DNA from: Octopus vulgaris
Lineage: Eukaryota
Direction of reading: 5' to 3'
Assembly: GCA_951406725.2 (NCBI GenBank)
Contig: OX597823.1
Coordinates: 72,292,001-72,356,000 of the forward strand
DNA: 64,000 nucleotides
Below, piece by piece: positions 40,265-54,810 of the stretch (positions within the stretch are counted from its first letter, which is position 1; every line of letters begins with the position of its first letter). Under the pieces are notes generated by a model, which was not told the DNA's origin, ran no database searches, and saw only the letters and a program-made list of their open reading frames with translations. The translations under genes and the position numbers were made by a program.

Positions 40265-40779
40265 TACACCTTTTTAGTGATATCACAGGTGTTTTGTTTC
40301 TATTTCAAGTGGTGGGATCACTTGTTTACTGATACTGCAAGTCGAGATTAGCTCTGTTATTCTATTCATTATTGGTGTAGGATTGGTTATACTATTGATA
40401 GTTTAAAATCAATCATAAATTGCAGTATTTAGAATTATTATTATTATTCAATAGGGTATTCAACAATATTTCTTTCTAAGGTTCAAGTCATCGTAGTCAT
40501 ATGTCGTACGATTTTTGTAGCGTGTTGATAACACTGGAACAAAAGTATTCAATATTAAACGCGAGTTCTTCCATCGAATGAAACCATAGCGCTATGTCGT
40601 TCTGATTTTCTTATAGTGTTTTCTTAACAGACATGTGGTGTGTGTGCTAGAGGTCAATTCTAGTTTTCTATTTAGGATAAGTTTATCTTCTATTATGTGT
40701 GCAGCATCCGTTATTTGTCTGTTCTATGTGTGGTCAAGGTATTAACTTCTATGTTGTTGATTGAGCTCCCGTGAACCCG

Positions 40780-40960
40780 CTCGGCGTGCTGGTATAGAAC
40801 CGATGAGCTCTTATCTTCTTTAAGTTCCCACCAATGCTCATTTACCCGCTTTCCTCTACTCTGTGCGGTCACGCCTATGTACGTCGTTGTCTTGTTTCTG
40901 CACCGTTCCTCTGTCCATCTTATACTATAGACTACATTTCTAGCTTTACAGTTTGTTTGT
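40780..40960 (-). mobile_element. PLE GIY-YIG endonuclease fragment
   Basis: Minus strand reads VVYSIRWTEERCRNKTTTYIGVTAQSRGKRVNEH. Confidence 0.7.
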
Positions 40961-41256
40961 GGGCTAAATCTTCATACAATACAGTTCCTACCAGTAGAAG
41001 GGGTTCTACTAGCATCAAGTATATAGTGTGTGCTTTTCCATTGGCAACATGAACATCCCAAATACAACAATATATGTTTCAACACACGAATTCACATCAA
41101 GAATCTTGCAAAACGAATATATAAACGTATATATAAACGAGAAAGAAGATCGCTAACGATACACACGCGGCCACATATTCAAAATCATATGTATATACAA
41201 ACATATATACATATATATATATATCTGTACACACACACACACACACACATGCATGC

Positions 41257-41297
<41 letters not shown>

Positions 41298-41335
41298 TGT
41301 TTATATTGTATGATGCAGGTATGGAGATATACTTT

Positions 41336-41390
41336 CGGGACTTCAAGTTTCTGTAACAACGATACGATAATCGCCGCACTTCTTCAGCTG
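41336..41390 (-). ncRNA. Degenerate hammerhead in an old fold-back (41301-41504)
   Basis: CAG-CTGAAGA-aGT GCGGCGAT tatcgt ATCGTTGT tACa-GAAA-CTTGAAG-TC-C(c)G, with a decayed mirror copy at 41421-41470. Confidence 0.6.
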
Positions 41391-41849
41391 CCGTAAGCCC
41401 AGTAAATGTATCTTATACATCTGAAGGGCAACAATTATTGTATCGTTGATAAAAAACACTTGAAGTCCTGATCGTAAGTCTGCATATCTGTATCATCCAA
41501 TAAATGTACTCCTCCATTTCCAACGATATTGATGTTTACCACTTTTGTAATCTTTTCGTTACAATACACCCCAACACACACAAACAAACATATATATTTT
41601 ATATATATATAAAACTCGTGTTTTCTACCTTTAGAAGCAGCTGACATATGCTAATGATAGGGGAAGAAAGCCGAGCATCCCTTGTTTGATGAAGGGTCTA
41701 AACCGGAAAATGCAAAGCCGATCAGGTGACTACTTTCTCTCTTTTCTTCCCACATCTCCATGGTAAAGAAAGAAAGTGTTTAATTATTATTCACGCACAA
41801 CGAAACTTTTTATTTAAATCCAAGCTTTACTCACACTCACAGGCACACA

Positions 41850-41911
<62 letters not shown>

Positions 41912-44910
41912 AGAGAGAGAGTGTGTATACACGTATGAGTATATTTCTATATGGATGTATATAGATATATACACATCTAAATATACAAGCATACATGTAC
42001 AGTAATGCGCACATACGCACACACACACGCATACACAACGCGCACACACGCGCACACATACATGCATGCGCATAGTCCTTTGTGTATTTTAGCCATCATG
42101 TCTAAATCCTTCACGTATTCATTTTTGATAATCGTTATTCTATTTTAAAATCTAGCAAACGTTAACTTCTTATTCCCATTCACGCATTTTCCCTTTTCAT
42201 TTCATGCATAGTTCCATTTGCTTGCAATAATTTAATAAACGCACAGTAAATATTGTTTTTTTTTTATATAATTACTGAAAATTCTAATTTTATATGAGTT
42301 ATTTTTTCATACTTCAAATAATTCTATGATATAGATTTTTGATTTGATTATTATGTCAGAGGAGAATTAAAGCACAATGCATGTTTAATGTAGAAGAGAA
42401 GTAAAGTGCAAATTTAACGTTTTAAAAAGAAAGAAAACCATTAAATATCAATTCGCATGTGTGATAACTTTAGGATATTTTTTTGAAAATGTCAAGCTAA
42501 TTACATTAAATATTTTGGAATAAGAGGGATGAATGGATATACAAATATCAGTATATATATTTTCTGACTTAATGAATAGGAACTACATTTTTTAATTTGG
42601 CTTACAATATGAAGTTCTGCAGAGCTGTGTCTTTATTTAAAGCAAATGTTGAGTAAAGTAGCGAACCTTTCTTAATCTGATTTATTTATTATAAGGTGAT
42701 TAGTTGTATTAACATCAGAAAAGGTTTTATCATATTAAGCCTATTTTAGGATTTCAGCTTAGGAACTGTAACCCTGGTAACGAAATGAGAATGATATATT
42801 CTTGGTTAGTCAGAACGACATCCAACTAGCAAGACTAGTTGCAGCTTCTATGATATCAAATATATAAAGGAAATATCAAAATGAACGTTAATCTAAGTTT
42901 ATTTCATAATTGAATACATCATCTTACTTTTCCTACTGACTAATATATATCACAGTATTAGCAATCACCATAATTTAGATCAATTATTCTGATATGTTAA
43001 AACTTTGCAAGCATCGAAAACTGTTGGTTCTCAATTATATTATTGTTTAGTCCGTGTTGATAGTGTTAATTAATTGGAAATATAATTAACTTTGGTAAGT
43101 TGTCATAAAATTGATTTAATTATTAGTGTCTTATTTCCCAATATCTACGAACAACAGCGAGTTTCAGAATTCCTGTGCTGTTATATAGTATTCCGAAGAC
43201 ATCACACTATTATATCGCGATAATACATGAACATTTTAAAGTGTGAATATGGATTTTGAAGTTTCGTTTATTTCCTTTAGAGTTTTGAAATGAAAAAAAA
43301 ATAATCATCTTATCTTATAATCAATAAAATGCTGATCAAGTCGATTCCACCAAGGGAATTAGCACAGTAAATACGATCATTTTTCAGTCTGTTTATTGAG
43401 CGAATCTACATAATCATAATCGAAAGTAAGATTAAACATTTCCTCCAAGATTCCAAAGTAGGTCATGGGCACATCCATTGTAGAAATTATCACTGGTAAT
43501 ATCCCTCTGGGTAGTTTGAATCAATGCATGTAAAATTAGTTTCTCTAAGAAATGTAGTTAAATAAATTAAACAAGGAAGTATTTGAAAAATATTTACGAA
43601 ATTACATTCATGTTTAGAAATGTACTTAACAACAGAGGAAATAGCGTAAATAGATATACAGTTATAGCACTAAGAAAGAAGACAGGAATGTGCAAGAAAT
43701 GAGATTAGGTAAAGGTGGTGCTTAACCCATTTCAAAACTTAAGGAAATTGTTACACACTGTAAGACAGGTGAAAAAAAAAAGAAAAGAGAAACGTGAGAG
43801 GATATGGATTGTGTTTTTTGTTAAGTATGTGTTTATGTATGTATTATATATATATGGGTGTGTTTTCATGTACTACGTATGCACAATTTGCTCAAATTAG
43901 ACGAATCAGTGAAAGTTAAAAAGATGGTTTGTTTTGAGCTTTATACTTAACAAATATGCTGTATATAGTAAACAAACATAAATCCATCTTAATATCTTCC
44001 CATGCAGAAAATATGAAATAATATATAATTATATTGCAGTCTAACTACAGAAAGTCTATCTTAGATGATTGTCTTATACACACAATTTGGGATTAAAATA
44101 TTCACAAACCCTTTATTCACCCCACAAAAAAAAAGAAAGAAAAGAAAAAATGTGTGAAAAACAAACTGTCTCGTCGCTTCAACTAGATTTCATTCTGGAA
44201 CTAAAGTCAAAATGAGGACAGATACAAAGTAAGTTTTATAATCATACCAGGTTCGTGTTTGATCCAAATAGCTTATCCTACCAGGTTTTCTTTGGAGGGA
44301 GGGGAATGAGGGCTTCTATGTTGAGGAGTATCCAGTCATTCACGAAGTATCAGGAAATATCATTTATATTCCAGTTTAAGTTGTTGCAGGGACACTGTAT
44401 TTCGTTATCCTACCATAATATACAACAAGGTATATTAAATGGTTTATAAGTCAATATTGCGTTCTACTGTGCTATCAAATCACTTGTTAGGATTATCTGT
44501 ACGGATTTTCAATAGAAATTATAGCCAGCGTAGATTTGTTACGACGTTTTGTATCCGAGTGTGCCTCGTATAAACACCAATGATATGAAAGATAAAAAAA
44601 TGGGTAGTGGTTGAATATGCCATATCCAGATCATGCTCCTTCATCTATCAGTACCACATTGAACCCTTTTAATCGCACTGTAGTGGTTATGTGTGTGTAT
44701 CAGGTGAACAGATGCAAAAGGAATGTGTATGCCTTTGAAGTAAACAAATGAGTGAATCGATTCATAGTTAAAAATAGTATATTCACTGGACTTAATTTGT
44801 TGTTGGTGCGCATAATTCTTCACTACATGCAAAATGTTGACAACTACTACGAGTTGCTAGAAATAGAAATAGGGTACATCTCTGGAAGTGATGTTTCAGA
44901 AATGGATATG

Positions 44911-44948
<38 letters not shown>

Positions 44949-44959
44949 ATGCGTAGTGC

Positions 44960-45450
44960 ATCTGAGACCAGTAGTCTACCGTGGAACTTCGAACATTTTC
45001 TCTCGGGTCTCAACGGTCATTCAAAACCTGTCGTCGTAGACCTCCCTCGTTTGCCTGCTAGGCCTTCCTCCTCCCGTCTGTCTGTTGACCACTGTATTTA
45101 AAATAATCATAGCCACTAGAAGAAAAGACATACTGCAGCAGAGTTTGTACCTAAATAGGTCAGCTCCTGTCCATTTGAACTTCGCTTGACATGGCTGAGG
45201 TCGTAGGTCAAAGGGAGATGATCAATCACTTTTTGACAGGACAAAAAACCTTTTTTCGCGCCTGTTGGTCGAGGTGGTTTGGACGACCGAGAATTCTTAG
45301 ATTCGGTTTCGAATCTAGGCTTGAAGAGGGAAGTGTTAATTTTTACAGCACTGTAGACAAGACAGTAGAACACGGTATTGACTTATAAAGCGTCTAATAT
45401 GCTTTGTAGTATATTATGGTTGCAGAATGAAATACGGTGTCCCTACAACT
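44960..45450 (-). mobile_element. Highly decayed RTE-like LINE 3' fragment
   Basis: Weak motifs LTYLG and IQW..DRREEEG on the minus strand, in a GC-richer island. Confidence 0.35.
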
Positions 45451-46270
45451 AACTAATAAGTACATACCAGCTGGAATGTGTTTAATATGTAAATTGGTAT
45501 ATCCAATAATGGCACACCGCTTCATTCAGTGGTTATTTAAGCAATGAGTTCGTGGATGGTTAATGGGTTGGGTGTGGTGCTGATGAAGTAAGAACTCATG
45601 AAATATGGCATATTTACCCACTACCCATTTCTTTATCTTTGATCTTGTTGTTTACATTAGGCATACTCGGTTACGAAACGTCGTAACGAATCAGTGATGG
45701 CTATGATTTCTAAGAAAATCTGTGCAGTTAACCTTAACAAGTAATTTTCAAGTGTAAGTGGAGAATAAGTCTCTAAACCTTTCATATAGACATCTTAAGT
45801 ATATATGACAGAATTCTTTCAATTAATATAGCTAAATTGAATTAATTTTTTTTCCAATCTCTTTTAATACATCGATGAAATTATAGCAGAATTCTAAGGT
45901 ATAGTTTGACGTAATTTAGAGTACAGAATTCTCAGTTTCATCCTGGAACTAAGGTTAAAATATTGTCAGATACAAAGTAAATTTTATAAACATATCATGT
46001 TTCAACACCTCCTTCACTTTTCTTTTGTATCTAAAACCACAGAAAAATTAAGAAATAAGCTACCACACATACATAAATTCATTTCACTTCGGAAAACGCT
46101 TGTAGAAAGACTCTGAATGAAGGTGTATAACAGAATATTGCGGTTTGCATATGCGACTGCACTTTCTCTATGCAGCAGAAACACATGTCGGTCATTATGC
46201 TGTATAATTAACTGTTAAAATTAAAAGAAAAATCTGGAGATGCACTAGGATCAATATTCTTTGTAATTTC

Positions 46271-46573
<303 letters not shown>

Positions 46574-47149
46574 TGACGGTAAAATTTTCCTTTATGGCCT
46601 TATATTGCGTCTCGCTGCTTATATAACTATAACATCCGGATCAACTTCGTGAAAGTATGAAGCACGCTGGCAAAACACTGCTCCTCTAAATGGAAGCCTT
46701 ACGTGTGATTGTGGTATTGTGAAGCGAAGCAAATAACCCTCAAATCATATATTTTCATATCTCAGTTAATATTGTTAGAGACCCCAAGAATGGATTAGTT
46801 CTGACTGAAATGCTTTTGGTTATAGTTCCTTTCGAGTGGGTCAAACCAGAGTAATTTGGGTAAATGCATTAATTGGTTACCACATGTTATTCTGCCACGG
46901 GGTATATCCCAGTGCTGGAATCTTTGCATATGATTAATACAGTAATAATATAACGCGAGGATGGAAGTTATCAAGCTTTAATAGTAGATCACAACAACCA
47001 TTCCTGCACTGCACATCAGTATTACATTGCTGGAAGCGCACACACATGACTGTTACTGAGAAATATTTACCTTTTTAATAGCTATAAAGCATTATCTATA
47101 ATACATTATTTACATTTGACGGATATTTGTCCTAATCTTGTTTGTTGTT

Positions 47150-47195
47150 AACACAACGTTTCGGCTAGTATACCCACCAGCATTCATCAGGTGTC
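47150..47195 (-). ncRNA. Minimal type I hammerhead ribozyme
   Basis: GACAC-CTGATGA-atGCTGG tgggtata CTAGCc-GAAA-CG-TT-GTGTT. Confidence 0.75.
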
Positions 47196-47266
47196 TTGGG
47201 GAAATGTTGAACCTGGGTTCTCATTCCTAAGTTATTTTTCGATGTTGTTGTTGTCGTCATCACCGC

Positions 47267-47358
<92 letters not shown>

Positions 47359-47568
47359 TCACTGACTGGAATTGAGCTCGGAATCTTAGGGTTAGTAACC
47401 TGCGCTCTGAACCCCAAGATTCTGAGTTCAATTCCAGGCAGTGACTTGAATAATGATGATGATGATGATGATGCTGCTGCTGCTGATGATGATGATAATA
47501 ATGATAATAATAATAATAACATCAAAAAATAATGTAGGAATGGGAACCCCGGTTCAAAATTTCCCCAA

Positions 47569-47614
47569 GACACCTGATGAAGGCTGGAAGGTATATCAGC
47601 CGAAACGCTGTGCG
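47569..47614 (+). ncRNA. Minimal type I hammerhead ribozyme (U16.1 mutated)
   Basis: GACAC-CTGATGA-a-GGCTG gaaggtatat CAGCC-GAAA-CG-CT-GTG. Confidence 0.75.
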
Positions 47615-47789
47615 GACAACAAACAAGGTGAGGACAAAATATTCGTCAAATGTAAATAACGTAGAAAATGTACATAATTCCTCATCTTTTAAATATAGAA
47701 CTGAATTATCTATAATGTTTTATGGATATAAATTCAGCTACTTAAAGCAGGTATACGACGAAGAAACAAATGTATGATCTACTACTAGC

Positions 47790-48345
47790 TTGACATCCTC
47801 CAACCACGTCTTACACTGCTCGCATATATATACGGGACTCGCAGCTATATACAGACGATATGGACTTTCTTAAACACATCCCAACTACTGTCCCAGACGG
47901 AACTGTTCTTGCAAGTTTTGACGTCACTAACCTCTATACCAACATACCGCATACCTTAGGCCTGGAAGCGGTCAAACAATGAGTAGAGAAACACAAAAGA
48001 TGTATAGATGAACGTTTCAAAACAGACTTCATTTACAAAGCCACTCTTCCAGTACTTGAAGAAAACACTTTCAGATTTGATAATAAGACATACCGGCTAT
48101 GGGTACGAAATTTGCACCCGCATATGCCAATTTAGTTATGGGTTACTTAGAAGGTAGACTTTACGAGAACGTAAGAAGAAAATCTTTGATCACAACTTCA
48201 AGGAAAACATCGTGAAGAAGTGGAAGCGCTACCTCAATGACTGCTTCATTTTTTTGGATAGACCAAAAGAAGACCTAAGGACATTTCACAACACCCTCAA
48301 CACCCTGCACCCATTTTTGAAATTCACAGCAGAGGCAAGCTACAA
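47790..48345 (+). mobile_element. Penelope-like RT core fragment
   Basis: VLASFDVTNLYTNIPH, AMGTKFAPAYANLVMGYLE, WKRYLNDCFI and LNTLHPFLKFT. Confidence 0.88.
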
Positions 48346-48806
48346 TCCTAGAAATCCACATTAACATACACAATTTCATTGTCACAAAAAGCAAGACCTG
48401 GAAATGCAATTATAATTTCTACTGAAGAAAGTAAAAAACAACGTCAGGTTTTTCAATTAAAAATTTTGACCAATTCGAATACAAAAGTTCCATTTCCTTC
48501 CACACCTAAAAGGTCACCAAGTATTAAACAAACAAGTCTGACCATACCAATACAAAAGCCACGCCTCTTTACCTCCCCTTCCTTCTCCAAAAATGTTTTC
48601 CTTTTTCTTCTCCTTTACTTGGCAATTCCCACAAGTCTTTTATATACAAAAATCTAGCTTTAAACAACTTTTTGATAAATCCAATAACGGAAGAATGCGC
48701 TAAATATGTAAATAAGATGTAAATAAAAATATATATAATCATCCAGCATTCTGACTATCTTATTACTCTCTATATATATATGCATACATACATACACACG
48801 TACACC

Positions 48807-48888
<82 letters not shown>

Positions 48889-48950
48889 TACATACATACA
48901 CACGTACATACACACGTACATACATATACAAACATATTTACATACCTACA

Positions 48951-48981
<31 letters not shown>

Positions 48982-49095
48982 GTACATACGTACATATTTC
49001 TGCGGTGGCAGAATCGAAACCGTGATGAATGAAATAGAAAATGAATTACAGAGGTAAAAAGAAATAGAGTGGCCCAAAATACAGGCACAAACCTA

Positions 49096-49167
<72 letters not shown>

Positions 49168-49168
49168 A

Positions 49169-49204
<36 letters not shown>

Positions 49205-49213
49205 CTCTATCTC

Positions 49214-49251
<38 letters not shown>

Positions 49252-49252
49252 A

Positions 49253-49313
<61 letters not shown>

Positions 49314-49318
<5 letters not shown>

Positions 49319-49482
49319 ACTTATAAAGTTAGCGAGTCTGTGCCCTACGTCTAGAGAGCCCAAACTTCAACTTCGCTGTGAGATGCAGCCCAAGTGGTTA
49401 AATCAGTCGTGCTTGCTGTATATGACGAGTTAAGCAGGTAATGATCCAACTACTCATTTCCTGTCCACGTAAAGGAAATTAG
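49314..49482 (+). repeat. ~168 bp direct repeat, copy 2 (after (TCTA)n)
   Basis: Identical by eye to 46405-46573. Confidence 0.9.
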
Positions 49483-50199
49483 GATATGGATATATAAAAT
49501 TTCGCCAAATCTGAACCAAATTTGTCCGTCAGGTTTACAAAACAATCTACATACTGGCAACGTGGTTGAGTTAATTAAAATAAGCACTACACATCTGTGT
49601 TTTAGTAAAATTATCAATTTAAGGTATACACTATGATCATAGGCTTTTATTGAGCACAAAATACATCCACCCTGTGCAAACAACTACAGTGCTTAGAACG
49701 GTTTACATATTCTGTTGTAAAAAATATCAATCTGTTACACAGACAAATATGCACATATACACACGAATACACACGCATACACATGTGTACACTTACATAT
49801 ATGGTACACCAGCATGAGATAAATGTATTAGGATTGGTAAACTTAATGAGCAATTATAGTATGAACAGACAATATGTATATATGGGGTTGAATATATTAA
49901 TAAAATGGTTTAAGATTGATCAGCTTCTATTCAGTCAACAATTTCATCATAGAAAATTCTCCTTAAATACAATGATATTCATAGATATATCTACGCTTCT
50001 CTTGTAAAAATACGTTATCGAAAATATTGTATTTTGATGCATTGGAAAGGAGAAAACGCTGCTATTTGAAATAAGATATCAGGGCTCAGATATCAGAAGT
50101 GCCTATTAGATAGTAATAGATTTAATTTAGAGATAGCTTAACTCTAAAGAAAAAAGAGGAAGTGGTTACATGGTTACAAATTTGACGTCTGATATAATT

Positions 50200-50900
50200 A
50201 AAGATGGCTCGGGTAAGAATATATACGAAACCAATAAATTTCTGTGCAGAAGAGAAGTGAAAGTGAAGGAAATAAACTTTGGATAAAACAGAATTTTTAG
50301 ATACGAAAGGAACAAGAGCGAATTGAAGGAAATTTGAGAAAGGATAAGACAGACTGTCAAGTGAAAACAGCTAAATATTGGTGTCCCAACAATAGTGAAA
50401 GTATATTTAAGATGAGATAAAAAGAAATTCTTAGAAGCGAAAGCTGATGAAGCAGATAAATTAATCGATCTAGGAGACAGTAGAGAAATCATAAAAATTT
50501 ATGAAATATTAATTCAGATTATAGGGAAATACAAGATCAAAGACTACTTTGCCTTTAATACTGATTGAGAGCTAATAATATCTGATATAATCATCCACGA
50601 AAGGCGTAATTAACATTTTAAAATAAGCGTATAATTGGGAAAATGTAGTGGTAATTCTTGAAGCAGACGAGGTGTTTGAAATTGGAGTACATGAAATAGC
50701 TTTTGATAAAATAACAAGAGACTGTGAATACATTATTAAAACCTTAATGCCCCTAGATTAAAGACAGCAGCTAGAGAAATACTGGGAAAAGAGAAAGTTA
50801 AGAACTCGATTCTTAGAATATAATTGAAGGTATTTCGTAAAAGATTTAGCCATGATTGATTGAAAAATATATATAAGGACCAGGGGAAATATCCATTTTT
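50200..50900 (+). mobile_element. Highly decayed RTE-like LINE middle region
   Basis: KVYLR*DKKKFLEAKADEADKLIDLGDSREI resembles the linker between the RTE endonuclease and RT. Confidence 0.4.
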
Positions 50901-51059
50901 TTCTATTAAGAGATATCACAGAGACGCAAATATTGAAAAAGTTCCTTTGTTGGATCGAAAGTTATACTGATTGCTTTTGTCCTCATTTACTAAGCAATGA
51001 GCACACAGGAAAAGTGTATCATATTGTTTCCATGTATATAAAAGTGGACTATTCAAGCC

Positions 51060-51495
51060 AGGTAAAATATTTACCATAAAAAAGATCACTTACCCCGTGC
51101 ATCGATGAACTTAATTTATGTTCTTAAATGTGTTAGGTGCGGTGGAGACTACATAGGTCAAACGAGCTTGATCTTGCGGAACAGCCTGATGGTAACAAAC
51201 AACAGATCCGAGACCCCATGATCTGGAAAATTCCCGTAAGTAAACACTTAGATCAATGCCTCAGAAACAAAAATCCGAAATACCGGGTTTTCTTTCTCTA
51301 TCAATTCACCGGAAACACTCCAACCCAATGGCCATTAAATAAGGAAAGTATGTTTATTAAAAATACAGACGTTTGACTAAATAGCCTAAATTAGCGAGCG
51401 ATTCAGTAGTCATTACTGATGCACATGTGATTGATAGGTGAAACTGGTCTAATCCAATGATCCTAGAGTCGTTAAGGGGCGAATATCTCCCCTGT
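51060..51495 (+). mobile_element. PLE 3' end (GIY-YIG C-terminus) with a degenerate hammerhead at 51412-51453
   Basis: QQIRDP..KIPVSKHLDQC..KNPKYRVF.LYQF...KESMFIK parallels the end of ORF 19444-19971. Motif ATTA-CTGATGc...GAAA-CTGG-TC-TAAT. Confidence 0.75.
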
Positions 51496-51524
51496 CAGTG
51501 CATATACATACATACACACACACA

Positions 51525-51577
<53 letters not shown>

Positions 51578-51915
51578 TGCGATCCATACAGCATTAAGAG
51601 TTTTTAACTCTTATGTCTTGAAATATGGGTGTTTCGGCACCCATATCTATCTATCTATATATATATATATACACACATATATATATATATATGACGGTAA
51701 AATTGCGGTAGTGTATAAATGTGTGTGAGTTCGCGTGTGTTTATGTTTGTGCGTATATATGTGCTTGTATGTGGTGTGTATGTGGCCATCTACACGCATG
51801 TGTATGTGACTAATCTACACACATGTGTAAGTGCATGCGTGTTTACGTGTACAGTTTTTATAATGATGAATTCTATGGAAAACAATCATCGACATCCGTA
51901 CAGTTTGATATGCAA

Positions 51916-51956
<41 letters not shown>

Positions 51957-51976
51957 CTCTCTCTTTCTGAAATTCT

Positions 51977-52037
<61 letters not shown>

Positions 52038-52347
52038 AGAATTTATTTAAACGTTTGATGTTTTTCTTTTCTGAGTGTTATTTCCCATCTAATAATTGAT
52101 AAAGCGAATATATTTTAGTTTCTTGGCGAAAAGTATATTCTGAAGTATTTTGCTGAAACTCTAACAGAAATTCTTTTTTATGCATTATAATTTTAGTGGA
52201 ATCTAATTTAGTTTACAAAAGCAAAACAAAAATCATATTAGCGTTAAATCGTTTAGCACTTGCAAAGGCAGCGAAATAAATTCAAAGCATATGTCATTCC
52301 CATATATATGAAAGAATAATAATGTTCATATATACATATAGATGCAA

Positions 52348-52405
<58 letters not shown>

Positions 52406-52529
52406 CCCAAATAACATTTTGGTTTTACTCTCCGTTCTTCCCTCTCTGCTTTTTACTGTGCACATACAAACAATGCACACGCATCTTTCATCTCTGTTTC
52501 TCTCTCTGTATGCATATATATATATATAC

Positions 52530-53720
52530 CACCCACCACCTTACCCCTCCAGCGCACCATTCTCCGAGCCTTCCAGTGACTCCAGTCCGACCCCTCCACT
52601 TCGCATATCTTCCCTGACCGCCTCCTCCCCTCCTTGAAACGAGCCCACAACCTACGAGACATCTTGGTCCACAGCTTCTTCCCTAACCCAACCTCCCAAC
52701 CCGGCTCGTTCCCCTGCTCCCGCCCACGCTGCTGCATTTCCGCTCTACCGGTCACTCTTTGGAACACCTGTCCGTGTTCAGACTGTCCTTGCACAGGGGC
52801 CATCCGGAGTCCCGTTTGCGCCGTGAACAGGGATTAGTCTTCTCTCTTCGTTCTTTTGCCCCATATGGACTCAACTCTCATCTCCTCTTCATCTAATATC
52901 TTCCCCTCACCTCTCTCCTCCTCACGCCTACATCCTCCCACCCTCCTCACCTCTCTTACGCCGACTCCTACTTCTTCTCTCCACTTCTACTCTCCTTCTT
53001 TCTTCTCTTCACTCCTACCCACCTTCTCCTTCCTCCCTTCATCATCACCCGTCCCTCATAAGCCCATCCCACCTCTACACATTCCAACCCCACCTTCCCT
53101 ATCCCCCCTTACACTCACATGTCCCTCCTTTACCTCCACCCTCCGCCTACCCACACACCACCCTTAGCCTAACCCACACCCCACCCTCAGCCTAACCCAC
53201 ACCCGACCCTTGCTTTCCTCACTTCCGCCTCCCCCACCTCCCAACACCATCACACCACACACTATAACACCTTACACCACCCTACCACACAACACATCAC
53301 ATCACAACACACGACCACGCACACATCAGCACTGACCACTTCCCAGACCCACATTTTCACACCTGCACAAACACACACACGTACACGTCAAGATCACCAG
53401 CCCTCTTCCACACGCACATAAAAACTCTCTTATACATAAGCACGCGCACCTTCGTTTTGGAATCACCACCACTTTGTTTTCTCCTCTTCTCCCTAGCTCT
53501 CCTGTGTAACCCTTCTGCCCGGCCCTCGCCATGATAGATCGCTAGCCACTACACATTCTTTATTTTCTTTACTTGTTTCTTTTCGTGTTCCTTTCCGTGG
53601 AAGAGCGTAGACTCGAAACGTTAAAGACTTTTTCACTTCCCGAGCGTTATACTAATACATCTGTTTTTTTGTCTACAGCACCTGTCTTCTGTCTTTTGTT
53701 TCTTTGTGAATTCTCCCTAT
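52530..53720 (+). mobile_element. Internally deleted PLE with C-rich 3' region and degenerate hammerhead at 53591-53626
   Basis: KRAHNLRDILVHS...PGSFPCSRPRC is the PLE pre-GIY-YIG linker. Motif CTTT-CCGTGGA-a-GAG..CTC-GAAA-CG-TT-AAAG. Confidence 0.7.
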
Positions 53721-54810
53721 ACACACACACACACACATAAACACATACACACACATCATACATACACACAGATATATATGTGTGCGTGTGTGTGTGTGGT
53801 ATCCTAATTAATGCACATAGTTGCAACTACCCACACTCCATTACATTAAAATTTCATTCCGGAAAAGCAATTTTGAAACTACTTCAGTAGTTGAAATTTT
53901 AAAAAATTTATGACTATTGCTCTATATTTCATCCGAGTAGTACTTTTGGGAAATTCCAGCTTTTCACGTAATTCACATCCATTTTGTTAATTGGATGTTA
54001 TTTCTAGTTAAATGAATAACTTATTTTTGTGGCGCCAATATTTAGTTATTTCTATTTTATTTTCAAATTACTTTATGATTTTATTTAGAATATAGTAATT
54101 ATCAATTATGTCAATATTACACTTCATACGTTATCCACACAGAGTCTGCTTCCTTCTTTAATTGATCATCATGTTGAAATTGTCGATACCGCATATTTTC
54201 ACTTGCTATATATACCAACATAGGAGAGCTTAATTCGTTTTCCTTTGATCTTGTGGCTTACGTAATGTATTTTGAAATTTCCTTCGCACATAAGGATATG
54301 ACTAAATGTTAATTGTTGAAATTGTGGTTTTTGCTAGCTGGATATTCTACATTGACAAAATTGAAATTCCTGTATTTCTATGTCAAAACCATCCCTTACG
54401 ATGAATATATGTTTATGTGTTGCGGAACTGGTCGTTGTTGGTGTGCATTAACGATATACACTGCTCTTTCTTTTTATAGGTCGCATACGACTTAAAGATT
54501 TTAGCTATTTTAAATTAGTGATTTTTGTGATGTTGATCATTCGCTGCTCAAGTTGAAACTTATAAAGTGTACGAAAAGTGAATTTTAGATTGTCAGAAAT
54601 TATATTTCAAGCAACGTTTACAACACATGAAAATCATTAACTTACAACGGTGACAGTAGTAGTGTTATAGTTAGGTCAGCAAATTATCTTAAAGATAAAG
54701 ACAAATATTTGAGTAGCTATAAATATCTAAAATACGATTTATTAAAGGGTTCAAATTTTCAAATTAAGAACCATCGGCACAATCGACTATAACACTATCC
54801 ATACTATCGT

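Larger units (their letters stand above)
47102..47705. mobile_element. Fold-back element: tRNA-like centre, microsatellite spacers, hammerhead-bearing arms, one-sided tail
   Basis: 47102-47393 is the reverse complement of 47410-47663, with a tail at 47664-47705. Confidence 0.85.

Noticed and set aside
47354-47445. Functional tRNA gene
   Set aside because: The 5' acceptor strand and A-box are missing and no full cloverleaf forms. Treated as a tRNA-derived head.
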